From Spirochaetia bacterium (lineage in GTDB: Bacteria > Spirochaetota > Spirochaetia > UBA9216), in the NCBI GenBank assembly GCA_963675665.1, contig OY776510.1, forward strand, positions 3,936,001-4,000,000: 64,000 nt of DNA. The letters are read 5' to 3'. Positions 29,177 through 39,418 of the stretch are shown here, in pieces (positions within the stretch are counted from its first letter, which is position 1; each line of letters starts with the position of its first letter). Both the position numbers and the translations under genes were made by a program. The notes below the pieces were generated by a model. That model had not been told where the DNA came from, ran no database searches, and worked only from the letters and a program-made list of their open reading frames with translations.

Positions 29177-30201
29177 AATTCATCTCCTTCAGCAATAAGT
29201 TCTTCAAACTCATCCTTTTCAATATCTTCAAGTTTGGTTGTCACCTGAACTGCAATCTTTTTTCCGACAACACCGGGTTTACAGAGGAATTTTTCCTTGT
29301 TGCCTACTTTTAAAACCATTTCGTCCGTGATACGCGTATTCGGAAGCCTGATAAGATCTCCGGGTGTTAATGAAAGAACTTCACGCATTGTCAGTTCCAT
29401 AACACCTATTTCAGCTTTAATCGGTATTTCAATTGCAGCAAGCCGTTCTTTCAGTATATTCAGGTTTTCCGTAGTAGCTCCGCTTCTCACGGATGAATAC
29501 ATATACTGGGCAGACAGCTTTGAAATTATTGGTTCGATCGTCAGGTAAGGAATACAGAAGTTCATCATTCCTTCAACTTCACCGACCTTTGTTTCAAGTG
29601 TAACAAGGATAACCATTTCAGTTGGCGGTACAATTTGTGCAAATTGCGGATTTGTTTCAATCTGACCGAGTCTCGGCCTTAAATCAATAACCTGGCTCCA
29701 TGCTTCGCGCAGATTTCCCAGTATCCTTACAATTATTCCTTCCATTACAGCCTGTTCGATATCGGAAAGATCACGCGATATTTTGCTTCCCTCTCCCTGC
29801 CCGCCGAACTGACGGTCGATAATCGAATATGTAATGGCAGGGTCTATTTCCAGAACTGCCGACCCCTTCAGCGGGTCCATATTTATAATGCCGAGCGTTG
29901 TAGGATTCGGTATTGAACGTATGAATTCCTCATACGTCAGCTGATCAACAGATGCAACATGAACATGTACAAGGCTGCGAAGCTGTGCTGAAAGCGCAGT
30001 AGTCGTCAGACGTGCAAAAGTTTCATGCATGATTGAAACTGTACGAATCTGGTCCTTTGAAAATTTATCCGGACGCTTAAAATCGTAAATCTTAATCTTG
30101 CGCTGATCCGCGGCTTGAGTAACTTCTTCAGTTTCAATGTCTCCGGTTGAAATAGCCGTTAACAGCTGGTCTATTTCATCCTGTGATAAAACTTCATTCA
30201 T
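29173..30201 (-). CDS. fliM: Flagellar switch protein FliM
   Basis: VLSQDEIDQLL, YDFKRPDKFSKDQ, ETNPQFAQI. Confidence 0.97.
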   Translation of the reverse strand: MNEVLSQDEIDQLLTAISTGDIETEEVTQAADQRKIKIYDFKRPDKFSKDQIRTVSIMHETFARLTTTALSAQLRSLVHVHVASVDQLTYEEFIRSIPNPTTLGIINMDPLKGSAVLEIDPAITYSIIDRQFGGQGEGSKISRDLSDIEQAVMEGIIVRILGNLREAWSQVIDLRPRLGQIETNPQFAQIVPPTEMVILVTLETKVGEVEGMMNFCIPYLTIEPIISKLSAQYMYSSVRSGATTENLNILKERLAAIEIPIKAEIGVMELTMREVLSLTPGDLIRLPNTRITDEMVLKVGNKEKFLCKPGVVGKKIAVQVTTKLEDIEKDEFEELIAEGDEL

Positions 30202-30219
30202 CTGATTCGCATCCGCCTT

Positions 30220-30768
30220 CTAATACTGGAATATATTATACTCCATAAATACTATTTCCTGAATTTTACCGGCTGATAAAAGTCTGTTTATCTTTTCCTT
30301 CATCTCCTGCTTTATCTGCATCTCTGTCTGCGGCGTCAGCTCAGCTGCTGTCTTCGAACTTAGATGCTGTCTCATCGCATCGTAAATAATCTCGGAACGC
30401 TGGATTAGATCCGTCTGGATATCCGCATTTTCCCATTCGTAACCCAGCTTTGCCTTGATTATTACAGTTGAAGGATTTTTATCAGCTGTTCTGGTTCTGA
30501 TTTCATCCAGTGCATACCACCACATAACTTCCGGTTCTGTTGCATATTCCGGAGACTGAACAGCATACGACTGGTTGGTTGTCCCCTGAGTCATAATCTT
30601 CATGGTAAAAAATACAACAGTAACGATAAAGATGACTGCGACCACAACAATTGCAACCCACCGAAGAATCTTGGGCAGCAGCTCTTTGATTGCACTCGAT
30701 TTTTCACCTACTTCCAGCTCTTCCCCGCCGGCTACTTCTTCTTCAGCATAAATATCTTCATCACCCAT
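30220..30768 (-). CDS. fliL: Flagellar basal body-associated protein FliL
   Basis: Between motB and fliM; single TM; KINRLL..GKIQEIVF. Confidence 0.88.
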   Translation of the reverse strand: MGDEDIYAEEEVAGGEELEVGEKSSAIKELLPKILRWVAIVVVAVIFIVTVVFFTMKIMTQGTTNQSYAVQSPEYATEPEVMWWYALDEIRTRTADKNPSTVIIKAKLGYEWENADIQTDLIQRSEIIYDAMRQHLSSKTAAELTPQTEMQIKQEMKEKINRLLSAGKIQEIVFMEYNIFQY

Positions 30769-30816
30769 AAAATATCCCCTGTAAAATTCTAACAGAAAAA
30801 ATCTGCTATGAATAGT

Positions 30817-30863
30817 ATTTTATCATGCAAGGAAAATCAATAATCAGGGATTATTGATTTTCC
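30817..30863 (-). promoter_or_regulatory. Candidate fliL promoter (extended -10) with upstream 15-bp perfect inverted repeat
   Basis: TGaTAAAAT at 30825-30817; GGAAAATCAATAATC-agg-GATTATTGATTTTCC at 30831-30863. Confidence 0.5.
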
Positions 30864-30900
30864 AACATTAAATACCAGTTACTGTATATCAGCAACGTGA

Positions 30901-30962
30901 AGTATTTTTTTAAAAAAATACTCCCGAGATATACGCAAGATTAATAATCTTGCGTATATCTC
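30901..30962 (-). terminator. Long hairpin directly after the motB stop, plus a T7/A7 palindrome
   Basis: 18-bp perfect IR at 30926-30962; 22-bp palindrome AGTAT7A7TACT-type at 30901-30922. Confidence 0.55.
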
Positions 30963-31691
30963 CTAATACTGCCCTTCGGCAAGTATTACAATATCAACCC
31001 TTCTGTTATACGCCCGTCCTTCAGACGTCGCATTATCTGCCAGAGGACGAGTGTCTGCACATCCCGCAATCTGAAATTTTTCCTCATCCACGCCGAAGTC
31101 AACAAGATAATGCAGAACATTTGCAGAACGTTCAGCAGACAGTTCCCAGTTTGTTTCCCAGGGCCCGTCGGGATCTGTCGGCAATGAATCGGTATGGCCT
31201 TCAATCCTGAAACGTCGCTCATCTTCAAGCGAATTAACCAGACCCGCAACGTTTCTGAGTGTTTCGCGTGCTGCTTCAATATCTACATCCGCCGTGGCGG
31301 GCCTGAAAAAGGAATCGGCTGCAAGACTTATAATCAGTCCCCTTTCATCAACCGTAACACGCACCTTGTTTGATTTTATCTCCGACTGAAACTGGCTGAC
31401 AGCCTTTTTACGTGCCTGGTCAAGCGCGCGCCCCGCCTGCATGGACGGAAGCGATTCGATTGTATTGCCCAGTTCCGCCAGATGACCCGACTCAAGGGTA
31501 TTACCGCCTTCAAGAAGTCCAAGCCCGCTGAATGCAGCAATGACGAGCTTCATTTCATGCCCGTCGACTGTTGCGGTAGTAAAAAGCATAACGAAAAAGC
31601 ACAGGAGAAGGGTAACCATGTCACCGTAGGTGTTCATCCATTCAGGGGCGCCCCCCGACGGACATTTAACCTTTTTAGGCGGTCTTGCCAT
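30963..31691 (-). CDS. motB: Flagellar motor stator MotB
   Basis: WMNTYGDMVTLLLCFF; EGHTD; NWELSAERS; NRRVDI. Confidence 0.96.
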   Translation of the reverse strand: MARPPKKVKCPSGGAPEWMNTYGDMVTLLLCFFVMLFTTATVDGHEMKLVIAAFSGLGLLEGGNTLESGHLAELGNTIESLPSMQAGRALDQARKKAVSQFQSEIKSNKVRVTVDERGLIISLAADSFFRPATADVDIEAARETLRNVAGLVNSLEDERRFRIEGHTDSLPTDPDGPWETNWELSAERSANVLHYLVDFGVDEEKFQIAGCADTRPLADNATSEGRAYNRRVDIVILAEGQY

Positions 31692-31702
31692 CTTTTCCTC
31701 CG

Positions 31703-32485
31703 TTACTCCGCATTAATCTCGGCCAGAACAGCCTCTCTCTTGTCCGGCGGGAGAAATGATACCAGCTTTGCTTCGAGTATTCTCGGGTTATCACCGGACT
31801 GAATTGAAAGGATGCCTTCTATCAGAATTTCTTTAACAAGAGTCTCTTCCTTGTCACGATCCATGAGTTTGTTCTTGATCGGAATAAAGAAAAGGTTTGC
31901 AAAGATTGAACCGTACATTGTTGTAATAAGCGCAAGCGCCATACCTGAACCGATTGAATCCGGGTCGTCAAGGTTTGCAAGCATTCCGATAAGTCCGGCC
32001 AGCGTACCAATCATTCCGAATGCCGGTGCTAGCGTTCCCCAGTCCTCAAATACCTTTATACCGTCTGCATGCCGTTCCTGCTGCTGGTTCAAATCGCTGT
32101 AGAGCATTGTGCTGATTATTTCAGGATCAGTTCCGTCTACTACGAATTGTATTCCCTTTTTCATAAAATCATCTTCAACCTCTTCCAGATCATCTTCAAG
32201 GGCCAAAAGACCGTCTCTTCTTGCCTTTTCAGAAAAACGAACGAGCGTTGTTATAATTTTCTCAACTTCGAAATTATTAACATTGATTACTAACTTGAAG
32301 AAGTTTCCTATCTTCATGATACGTGACAACGGGTTGGAGATCATTACCGCGGCAAGCGAGCCTCCGAGAACCATCGCAAGAGATCCGATGTCGATATAGT
32401 TCGACATAGATACTCCTGTATTAAGTACCGAGTAAATAATCATTCCCATTCCGAGGCCTAAGCCCGCTAATGTGGCAAGATCCAT
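31703..32485 (-). CDS. motA: Flagellar motor stator MotA
   Basis: ARRDGLLALE, APAFGMIGTL, ALITTMYG. Confidence 0.96.
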   Translation of the reverse strand: MDLATLAGLGLGMGMIIYSVLNTGVSMSNYIDIGSLAMVLGGSLAAVMISNPLSRIMKIGNFFKLVINVNNFEVEKIITTLVRFSEKARRDGLLALEDDLEEVEDDFMKKGIQFVVDGTDPEIISTMLYSDLNQQQERHADGIKVFEDWGTLAPAFGMIGTLAGLIGMLANLDDPDSIGSGMALALITTMYGSIFANLFFIPIKNKLMDRDKEETLVKEILIEGILSIQSGDNPRILEAKLVSFLPPDKREAVLAEINAE

Positions 32486-32491
32486 CTAATA

Positions 32492-32689
32492 CTACTCCTC
32501 GTTCTTAAAAGCCCCTATCAGGCTTCTATACTCTACAATTCGGTTAAATACCGACTGGTAGTCTTCACGGACTACCAGTCTTTTACCTGAAAGCATCACA
32601 AGCGTTACATCAGCCTGAGCTGTTATATACTCAATCTGGTGCGGATTAACATAAAAAATATCGCCGTTCAGCTTTGTTACTTCAATCAT
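32492..32689 (-). CDS. flbD: FlbD/SwrD family flagellar protein
   Basis: MIEVTKLNG..VNPHQIE; between flgE and motA. Confidence 0.9.
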   Translation of the reverse strand: MIEVTKLNGDIFYVNPHQIEYITAQADVTLVMLSGKRLVVREDYQSVFNRIVEYRSLIGAFKNEE

Positions 32690-32692
32690 TTA

Positions 32693-34081
32693 TTACCTTT
32701 TAAGGTTTAACAATTCCTGCAACATCGTATCTGAAGTTGTAATCGTCTTTGAGTTGGCCTGAAAGCCGCGCTGCGTTACTATCATGTCGGTAAACTGCTC
32801 AGCCAGGTCAACATTACTCATTTCCAGTGCGCCTGCAATAATTTTTCCTTTTCCGGCTACACCGGTAGGTCCTATATTGGGTTCTCCGGAGTTATTGGTA
32901 ACAACGAATGTTGTTTCACCGGCTTTTTCAAGACCGCTCTGGTTGGTGAAAGTGGCCAGCGCAAGCTGCCCGAGAGTACGGTTCGTACCGTTCGAATACA
33001 CACCGGTGATAACGCCGCTCTGATCGATCTTGAAGTTTTCAAGATAACCCATTCCATAACCGTTCTGTCTGAACGCCTTGGTGGAACTGGTTTCGGCAAA
33101 CTGCGTTATGGTATTAACAACACTTCCGGCTTCACCCATATTCAGGTTGAAGGTCTGCCTTACCGGTGTTCCGTCTTCGTTCGGGGTAGCCTGAAGAACA
33201 TCAAAAGCAACCTGCACCTGAAGGTCTCCGACATCAAGTATGTCTCCCTGCGCGTCCGTTACTGACTGAAGGGTTCCCAGATTGTTAAAGTTTACAATAA
33301 AAGTATTGTCGCCGTTGTTTTCAGCTCCGACCTCGGCAATAGTATTGGTGCCGATTTCATCTTCAGGATCAACAGTGATGTTGGCCGACCAGCTGTTCTG
33401 TGTTCCGTCAAGCTTTGTAAAACTGAGGCGCATTTTATGTATGTTGCCGAAATTATCGTAAACATCCTTGTCTATAGTCCAGGTATTTTCCCTTATGGTC
33501 CCTTCGCCTGCGCCTTCAGGAATGACTTCCAGCCGCTTGTCAAGGTTGCATGCAAGATCAACCTGGGTTGTTGCCGCGGCAGGATCTTTTCCACCCACCG
33601 GTATTACAAGGTCTCCGGCGTCGGAAGCTGTATTGATGAATGCCTCGCCGTTTATGGTTTCTGCCGTCCAGCCCTGGACTCTCATACCGTTTGACGGGTT
33701 AACGAGCGTTCCGGCTTCATCTATGCCGAAAGCTCCCGCCCTTGTGTAATACTGCTTGGCACCGCCGGCCATAACAAAAAAGCCGTTTCCCTGTATAGCA
33801 AGGTCGGTTGTTACACCGGTCGACTGCATTGAACCCTGGGTATGAATTGTGTCAATTGACGCTATGGTCATACCGAGTCCGACCTGTTTGGGGTTTACTC
33901 CGCCGAGTTCATCGGTTGGACGGGAGGCGCCGGACATCGACTGAGAAAGCATGTCCTGAAAATTAACGCGGCCTTTTTTAAAACCGGTAGTGTTAATATT
34001 TGAAATATTATTGCCTATTACATCCATTCTTACCTGATGATTCTGTAGTCCGGATACTCCGGCGTATAGTGATCGCATCAT
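32693..34081 (-). CDS. flgE: Flagellar hook protein FlgE
   Basis: [40 protein letters not shown]. Confidence 0.97.
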   Translation of the reverse strand: MMRSLYAGVSGLQNHQVRMDVIGNNISNINTTGFKKGRVNFQDMLSQSMSGASRPTDELGGVNPKQVGLGMTIASIDTIHTQGSMQSTGVTTDLAIQGNGFFVMAGGAKQYYTRAGAFGIDEAGTLVNPSNGMRVQGWTAETINGEAFINTASDAGDLVIPVGGKDPAAATTQVDLACNLDKRLEVIPEGAGEGTIRENTWTIDKDVYDNFGNIHKMRLSFTKLDGTQNSWSANITVDPEDEIGTNTIAEVGAENNGDNTFIVNFNNLGTLQSVTDAQGDILDVGDLQVQVAFDVLQATPNEDGTPVRQTFNLNMGEAGSVVNTITQFAETSSTKAFRQNGYGMGYLENFKIDQSGVITGVYSNGTNRTLGQLALATFTNQSGLEKAGETTFVVTNNSGEPNIGPTGVAGKGKIIAGALEMSNVDLAEQFTDMIVTQRGFQANSKTITTSDTMLQELLNLKR

Positions 34082-34096
34082 ATAGCAGCTTCCCCC

Positions 34097-34528
34097 TTAC
34101 CTTACACTCTGTATATCGTTAAAATCATAAAATTTTCCATTAACCAGAACCTGAGGATTCTCGGTCCCCGTCACTTCTTCAACCATTCCGTTAACAACAT
34201 TTTCACCAGCGGCAATAGTTACATTCTTGCCTATCATTCCGATTGCACTGTTCAGGTTAAGTGTTCCCGAAAGCTTGGCGAATTCGCTGCTCATGTTTGT
34301 CATCTGTTCAAGGCTGGAGAATTGCGCCATCTGCGCTATAAATTCCTTATCTTCCATCGGCGCAGTAGGATCCTGATACGACAACTGTGTAATCAGAATT
34401 TTGAGAAAATCATCCTGCCCGAGTGCATTCTGTTTAACACCGTCCGATTTCAGAACTGCATTAAGACTGTTTACCTGTGCCTGCGTTACAGCCTTATCCT
34501 GAACCGACATTGTAGCTGAAAAATCCAT
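34097..34528 (-). CDS. flgD: Hook capping protein FlgD
   Basis: FLKILITQLSYQDPTAPM..QMAQFSSLEQM. Confidence 0.95.
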   Translation of the reverse strand: MDFSATMSVQDKAVTQAQVNSLNAVLKSDGVKQNALGQDDFLKILITQLSYQDPTAPMEDKEFIAQMAQFSSLEQMTNMSSEFAKLSGTLNLNSAIGMIGKNVTIAAGENVVNGMVEEVTGTENPQVLVNGKFYDFNDIQSVR

Positions 34529-34547
34529 TCGTTCTCCTTATATTCCC

Positions 34548-35843
34548 TTAAACAACCATATTAACAGTATTGTTTCGCCATTCAGTCTCAACAACCTCAG
34601 GTACTGCATCTTCGATAATCTTTGCAGCCCTTGCCGTTATTCCATGACCGTTTTTTCGTCCGCGTCCGTCAGAATTTCCGCCCTGGCCCTGAACACTTAC
34701 TTCAAGACCGCCGTTCTCAAATCCTTCGGAACCGAACGCCTTGTAAAGATTTTCCAGATTACTCTCAAAAATCTCTCTTACTATATTATTTTCGACAATT
34801 ATTCGGCCGGCTATATGATTATCGTTCAACGAAAGATGTATTCTTACATTTCCGAGGCTTTCAGGTTTCATAACCAGCCTGATTTCTCCCGTTCCGTTTC
34901 CTTTGACGACAATCCCGGCCTGTTTTACAATCTGGCTGTTAATTGTATCCTTCAGCTGTGAATGTACAGCAGACTGCATATTCTTTATCTCAGCCCTGAC
35001 GCTTTCGGTTTTCCGGAGTTCCGACAGGCTCTCACCGTGCGATGTCAATTGCTGAAACCTGGAAGCAGGATCCGAATCCGTCTTCTGCGAAAGATTATCC
35101 TGCACTGCAGAAACCTTCAGACCCTTATCCGCCGAAACGGAAGCATTCCTTCGGTAATCTGAAACAGTAAGTTTGGTTTTTTTACTTTCCTTACCCTTTA
35201 CTGCTGGATCCGTTTTCTTTTCTCCCGAAGCAGCCGCCACAAACCGAATCTGCGGTTTATTCTGTACAGCTGTACCCCGGGCAATCGCCGGAATCCGGTT
35301 CTTCTGTTTAAGCCTCTCTACAGCTGTACTCAAACCGGAGGCAAGTCTTTTATTTTTACCTTCCGGCTCATCCTTTTCCACAGGTTCAATTTTAATCAGG
35401 ATTTTTTGAACCGCAGGCTGAATTAAAGCCGCGACTAAACCCGCTTCTGCAGTTTTTTCCGGATCTTTATCAGCATCAATGGGAGTTTTCCTGCCGGAAA
35501 CCAGTTTCAGTTTTTCAAACCGTTCGTCTTTTTTCTTTTCGCCGGATTTCCTGACGGTTTCTTTCGGATCTGTTTCCGCAGCTGCTTCAGCAACAGCCTC
35601 TTTCAGTTTTTTGGCTGCAGCTTCGATCTTGTCAGCTTTTGATAGCTTACCGGATTTTTCTTTTTCCGGTTCCTTGCCTTTTTTATCAACGGCTTCTTTT
35701 ACGCTATCGCTTTTAATACTGGACTCAAGGACCTCTTTGAAACTCCTGCCCTTAACTTCAGAAGTTTCTTTGGTCGGAGTTTTATGTGCGTTAGCATTGC
35801 CGCCTTCAATCGGCAGTAATTGTACAGGTGCTGAATTCAACAT
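34548..35843 (-). CDS. fliK: Hook-length control protein FliK
   Basis: Low-complexity N-terminus; C-terminal IRLVMKPESLGNV; upstream of flgD. Confidence 0.88.
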   Translation of the reverse strand: MLNSAPVQLLPIEGGNANAHKTPTKETSEVKGRSFKEVLESSIKSDSVKEAVDKKGKEPEKEKSGKLSKADKIEAAAKKLKEAVAEAAAETDPKETVRKSGEKKKDERFEKLKLVSGRKTPIDADKDPEKTAEAGLVAALIQPAVQKILIKIEPVEKDEPEGKNKRLASGLSTAVERLKQKNRIPAIARGTAVQNKPQIRFVAAASGEKKTDPAVKGKESKKTKLTVSDYRRNASVSADKGLKVSAVQDNLSQKTDSDPASRFQQLTSHGESLSELRKTESVRAEIKNMQSAVHSQLKDTINSQIVKQAGIVVKGNGTGEIRLVMKPESLGNVRIHLSLNDNHIAGRIIVENNIVREIFESNLENLYKAFGSEGFENGGLEVSVQGQGGNSDGRGRKNGHGITARAAKIIEDAVPEVVETEWRNNTVNMVV

Positions 35844-35860
35844 CACCCTCCAATAGATTA

Positions 35861-36502
35861 TTAACTCTCCGGTTTCTTTAACATTTTCCGATTGAGAGTC
35901 GCGGACCTTTCCGACGGCATCAGGGACAGCCAGTATGAAACCATTGATGCAACCCCTGCTTCATCGCTTAACTGCTGATGGGCCCTCATGATGTCTATAA
36001 CATCCTGATCTTCCATCTCGATAAACATATTCACAGCGGCCTGAGGCGGCATACCGACAAAATACTCAGCTGCCTGTCTTAGGTTCGTATTTCTATTGTC
36101 GTACGCTTTTAATCGATCGTTAAATGATTTTTCTTGTTCTTCGAAAGCAGCTTCCCTTTCAGCAAGAGAATCGAGCATCTGGCTTATCTCCGCTTCTTTG
36201 GATTCAATCTCGGTTTCCCGCATATCCAGCTCGGATTCTCTCATGTCCAGAGCCTCTTCATGCTTGGCCAGCCTCTCTTTTTCAAGCAGATTCAAATCTT
36301 CAACATTCTCAATCGGTTCGGGCAGACCGAAATCTATACCGAGGCGGCTTGCTACAGGCGTAACTACTGGAGAGATCATCTCTTTTACGTTTATCAGGCC
36401 CAGATAATCAAACCAGACAAACCCTCCCAGAATAAGAATCAAGATAATAAGTATTAAAGCTGCAACCCGCGCTCCGGATCTAACTGCTGAAATCTTCGCC
36501 AT
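35861..36502 (-). CDS. flbB: Periplasmic flagellar collar protein FlbB
   Basis: TM..WFDYLG, coiled coil, GMPPQAAV, YWLSLMP; between fliJ and fliK. Confidence 0.85.
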   Translation of the reverse strand: MAKISAVRSGARVAALILIILILILGGFVWFDYLGLINVKEMISPVVTPVASRLGIDFGLPEPIENVEDLNLLEKERLAKHEEALDMRESELDMRETEIESKEAEISQMLDSLAEREAAFEEQEKSFNDRLKAYDNRNTNLRQAAEYFVGMPPQAAVNMFIEMEDQDVIDIMRAHQQLSDEAGVASMVSYWLSLMPSERSATLNRKMLKKPES

Positions 36503-36572
36503 TTCCATCTCCTCCAAATATCCGCCGCATAACAAAATAAATACAAGGCATTATTTTTTTGTTACCCCCGGA

Positions 36573-37016
36573 CTATACAACCGTCCTGCCTGCCGCGGCC
36601 CGTCCGTTATTTATTTCATCAATCAGGTTATGCTCAATCTTGAGCTGTTCCCTGTAAAATTCCTGTTCCCTTTTTTCCCTGAGCTTTGCAAGCACCTTTC
36701 TTTTTTTTGATGCCTCAAGAAAATCTTTACGCACCTGGTCCCGTTCTTTTTCTGCATCTTTCAGTTTTTTCTCAAGCTCAAGCACCTCGGAATTCATTCG
36801 CCTTTTGTATAACTCCATCGCAAGAAAATCATTTTCCCGGTTCTCTATTCGTCCCCGGGTATCCAGAACCCTGTCGATTTCTTTGAACCTGTGAGCTATC
36901 TCGTTTTCTATACGAACACATTCAGTCACGGCGCGTCCAAGTTTGATTTCCCATTCCTGTTCTTCGTGCTCGCGAAGCCTGAGCAGCCTCTGCAGGTTAA
37001 AAGCGAATTTCCTCAT
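36573..37016 (-). CDS. fliJ: Flagellar export chaperone FliJ
   Basis: MRKFAFNLQRLLRLR; coiled coil; follows fliI. Confidence 0.9.
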   Translation of the reverse strand: MRKFAFNLQRLLRLREHEEQEWEIKLGRAVTECVRIENEIAHRFKEIDRVLDTRGRIENRENDFLAMELYKRRMNSEVLELEKKLKDAEKERDQVRKDFLEASKKRKVLAKLREKREQEFYREQLKIEHNLIDEINNGRAAAGRTVV

Positions 37017-38359
37017 TTAACTTCAGCTCCCGCAACCGGTGCGGAAATAGGCATTCCGATTATTTTCGAAGCCTGCAGAAGAGTCTGGTCCAGCGGGGCA
37101 GGATCATCTATTTCCTGCCTCAGAAAACCGTTTATTGCTTCTATCTTGCTTATTGCTTCGTCAATTACTTTATTACTTCCCGCTGCGTATGCCCCGACAT
37201 TGATTAAATCTTCTGCTTCAGTATATTCAGCCAGTAACCGCCGGAACTTTCCGGCAGCTTTCTGCTCATCACGTTCTGTAACGACTGTTGCTAATCTGGA
37301 CAGTGAATTCAAAACATCGATTGAAGGATAGTGATAACGCTGGGCAAGTCTTCTTTCAAGCACCAGGTGCCCATCCAGAATTCCCCGAACGTTGTCCGAA
37401 ATCGGTTCGTCCATATCATCGCCTTCTACAAGGATTGTATAGAACCCGGTAATCGTTCCTTTTTCATTTGTGCCGCAGCGCTCCAGAAGCTTTGGCAGCT
37501 TTTCAAACACCGACGGCGGATAACCACGGTTAGCCGGGGGTTCGCCTGAAGCAAGACCGATCTCACGCTGAGCGCGCGCGAAACGGGTAATTGAATCGAA
37601 CAGCAGCATTACGTCTTTTCCCTGATCCCTGAAATATTCAGCTATAGCCGTAGCCACATATGCACCGCGCAGACGGGCAAGAGGCGGTGTATCGGATGTT
37701 GAAACAACTACAACCGATTTTTTCATTCCTTCGGGACCAAGGTCCCGTTCTATAAATTCCCTGACCTCGCGCCCTCTTTCCCCGATAAGCGCAATTACAT
37801 TCACGTCCGCATCCGTATTACGGGCTATCATTCCCAGAAGGGTTGATTTTCCTACGCCGCTGCCTGAAAAAATTCCCATTCTCTGGCCTTTTCCGACGGT
37901 ATTTAAAAAATCTATCGCCCTTACGCCTGTTGTGACCCGTTCACTGATAACCTCGCGCTTTAAAGCATCAGGAGATGCCGCCGACGCCGGGTACCATGCA
38001 TCAGCGCCGTATGAACCCAGTTCATCATACGGACAGCCAAGGCTGTCTATGACACGTCCGAGCATTTTTTGGGAAACGGGAATTTCAAGGATCTTACCGG
38101 AGGCCACTACAACGCACCCCGGCTCTATACCGTCGATCTCTCCATACGGCATCAGTTGAACCGTATTGTCGCGAAAACCGACGACTTCAGCCTTTACAGG
38201 CGACTCATTTCCGGGAATCATTATCTGACAGACTTCACCAAGTACTACCTGCGGCCCGCTGCTTTCAATTAGCAATCCCATTACGCGCGTTACCACACCG
38301 GTATATTTAATAGGATCTGTCCGGCTGAGAATCATATTATACTTTTCAAACATTTTCAC
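37013..38359 (-). CDS. fliI: Flagellar export ATPase FliI
   Basis: GSGVGKSTLLG, LIGERGREV, DSITRFA, LLERCG. Confidence 0.97.
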   Translation of the reverse strand: MKMFEKYNMILSRTDPIKYTGVVTRVMGLLIESSGPQVVLGEVCQIMIPGNESPVKAEVVGFRDNTVQLMPYGEIDGIEPGCVVVASGKILEIPVSQKMLGRVIDSLGCPYDELGSYGADAWYPASAASPDALKREVISERVTTGVRAIDFLNTVGKGQRMGIFSGSGVGKSTLLGMIARNTDADVNVIALIGERGREVREFIERDLGPEGMKKSVVVVSTSDTPPLARLRGAYVATAIAEYFRDQGKDVMLLFDSITRFARAQREIGLASGEPPANRGYPPSVFEKLPKLLERCGTNEKGTITGFYTILVEGDDMDEPISDNVRGILDGHLVLERRLAQRYHYPSIDVLNSLSRLATVVTERDEQKAAGKFRRLLAEYTEAEDLINVGAYAAGSNKVIDEAISKIEAINGFLRQEIDDPAPLDQTLLQASKIIGMPISAPVAGAEVK

Positions 38360-38433
38360 TTTCTTCCCCTCCCGTCAGAAAATGATTACAGGCTGTGTGC
38401 GTCACACCCCGTGTTTACTATGTCGCCGTGGAT

Positions 38434-38464
38434 GTTCTATTTTTTTCTATGAAAAAAATAGAAC
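38434..38464. repeat. 14-bp perfect inverted repeat in the fliH-fliI spacer
   Basis: GTTCTATTTTTTTC-tat-GAAAAAAATAGAAC. Confidence 0.8.
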
Positions 38465-38496
38465 TCCCGGAGGTGAAGAATAAAAAGTCTTACTTT

Positions 38497-39405
38497 TTAT
38501 TCTTCACCTCCAGCTTTAATAGGAACAAGTTCAAGTATTTTTTCTTCTATCTCCTTGAACTGTGATGAAATACGAGCATCGATTCTTCCGAAATCGGTTT
38601 CTATTATGCATCCTCCGCGGTCGACCGACGAATCTTCCATTACTGTTATCGATCGGACATTCTCGACCATTCTCATAAAGTCCTTCACATGATCGCTTGT
38701 AAGCTTTACATCTTCAAGATTGACCCGGATTACTACATCACCGCGGCTTTTAAGCTTTCTGAGCGCCTGTATGACATTATTTATTACAACATTTTTCTGG
38801 TTTTCAGAAATTACCTTGATTATTTTCTGACTGATCAGCAGTACAAGATCGATAATCTGCGTTTCGGACTGATCAATAATCTGGTTCCTTTTTTCAATGG
38901 CCTTGGAAATAATGGTGCGAAGATGCTGTATAAGGCGTTCGACCTCAGCCTTGCCTTCCTCATAACCTTCATCGCGTCCTGATGCAATTCCTTCTTTTTT
39001 TGCAGCATCAAGAATCTCATCTACGGTACTGCGGGCTTCGTCGATCATTTCCTGTGCCTGTTTTTCTGCATTCTGAAGCAGGTCGGCAGCTTCATTTTCA
39101 GCATCCTGTTTGATATGCTGAGCTTCATCATTTTTTTCCTTGACCTGATTGAACGCTGTCTGTTCAGCTTCTTTTATAATTCTGTCGGCTTCAGCATGTG
39201 CCTGAGATATCATCATCTCTTTCTCGGCTTCCCAGCTCACTTTGAACGCTTCCGCTTCACGACGCAAATCATCCGCAGTAGGCCCTTTATACTCTTCAGC
39301 CGGTATTATTATTTCTGGCTCTTTCTCCTTCTCAAAAGGAGTTTTAAGTTCCACCTGTTTTGTCAGAGCGACAATTTCAGCAGGTTTAAAAACATTTTTA
39401 GCCAA
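38497..39405 (-). CDS. fliH: Flagellar assembly protein FliH
   Basis: GxxxG repeats; GGCIIETDFGRIDA; TTG start with GGAGG. Confidence 0.93.
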   Translation of the reverse strand: MAKNVFKPAEIVALTKQVELKTPFEKEKEPEIIIPAEEYKGPTADDLRREAEAFKVSWEAEKEMMISQAHAEADRIIKEAEQTAFNQVKEKNDEAQHIKQDAENEAADLLQNAEKQAQEMIDEARSTVDEILDAAKKEGIASGRDEGYEEGKAEVERLIQHLRTIISKAIEKRNQIIDQSETQIIDLVLLISQKIIKVISENQKNVVINNVIQALRKLKSRGDVVIRVNLEDVKLTSDHVKDFMRMVENVRSITVMEDSSVDRGGCIIETDFGRIDARISSQFKEIEEKILELVPIKAGGEE

Positions 39406-39418
39406 ACCTCAACCTCCG

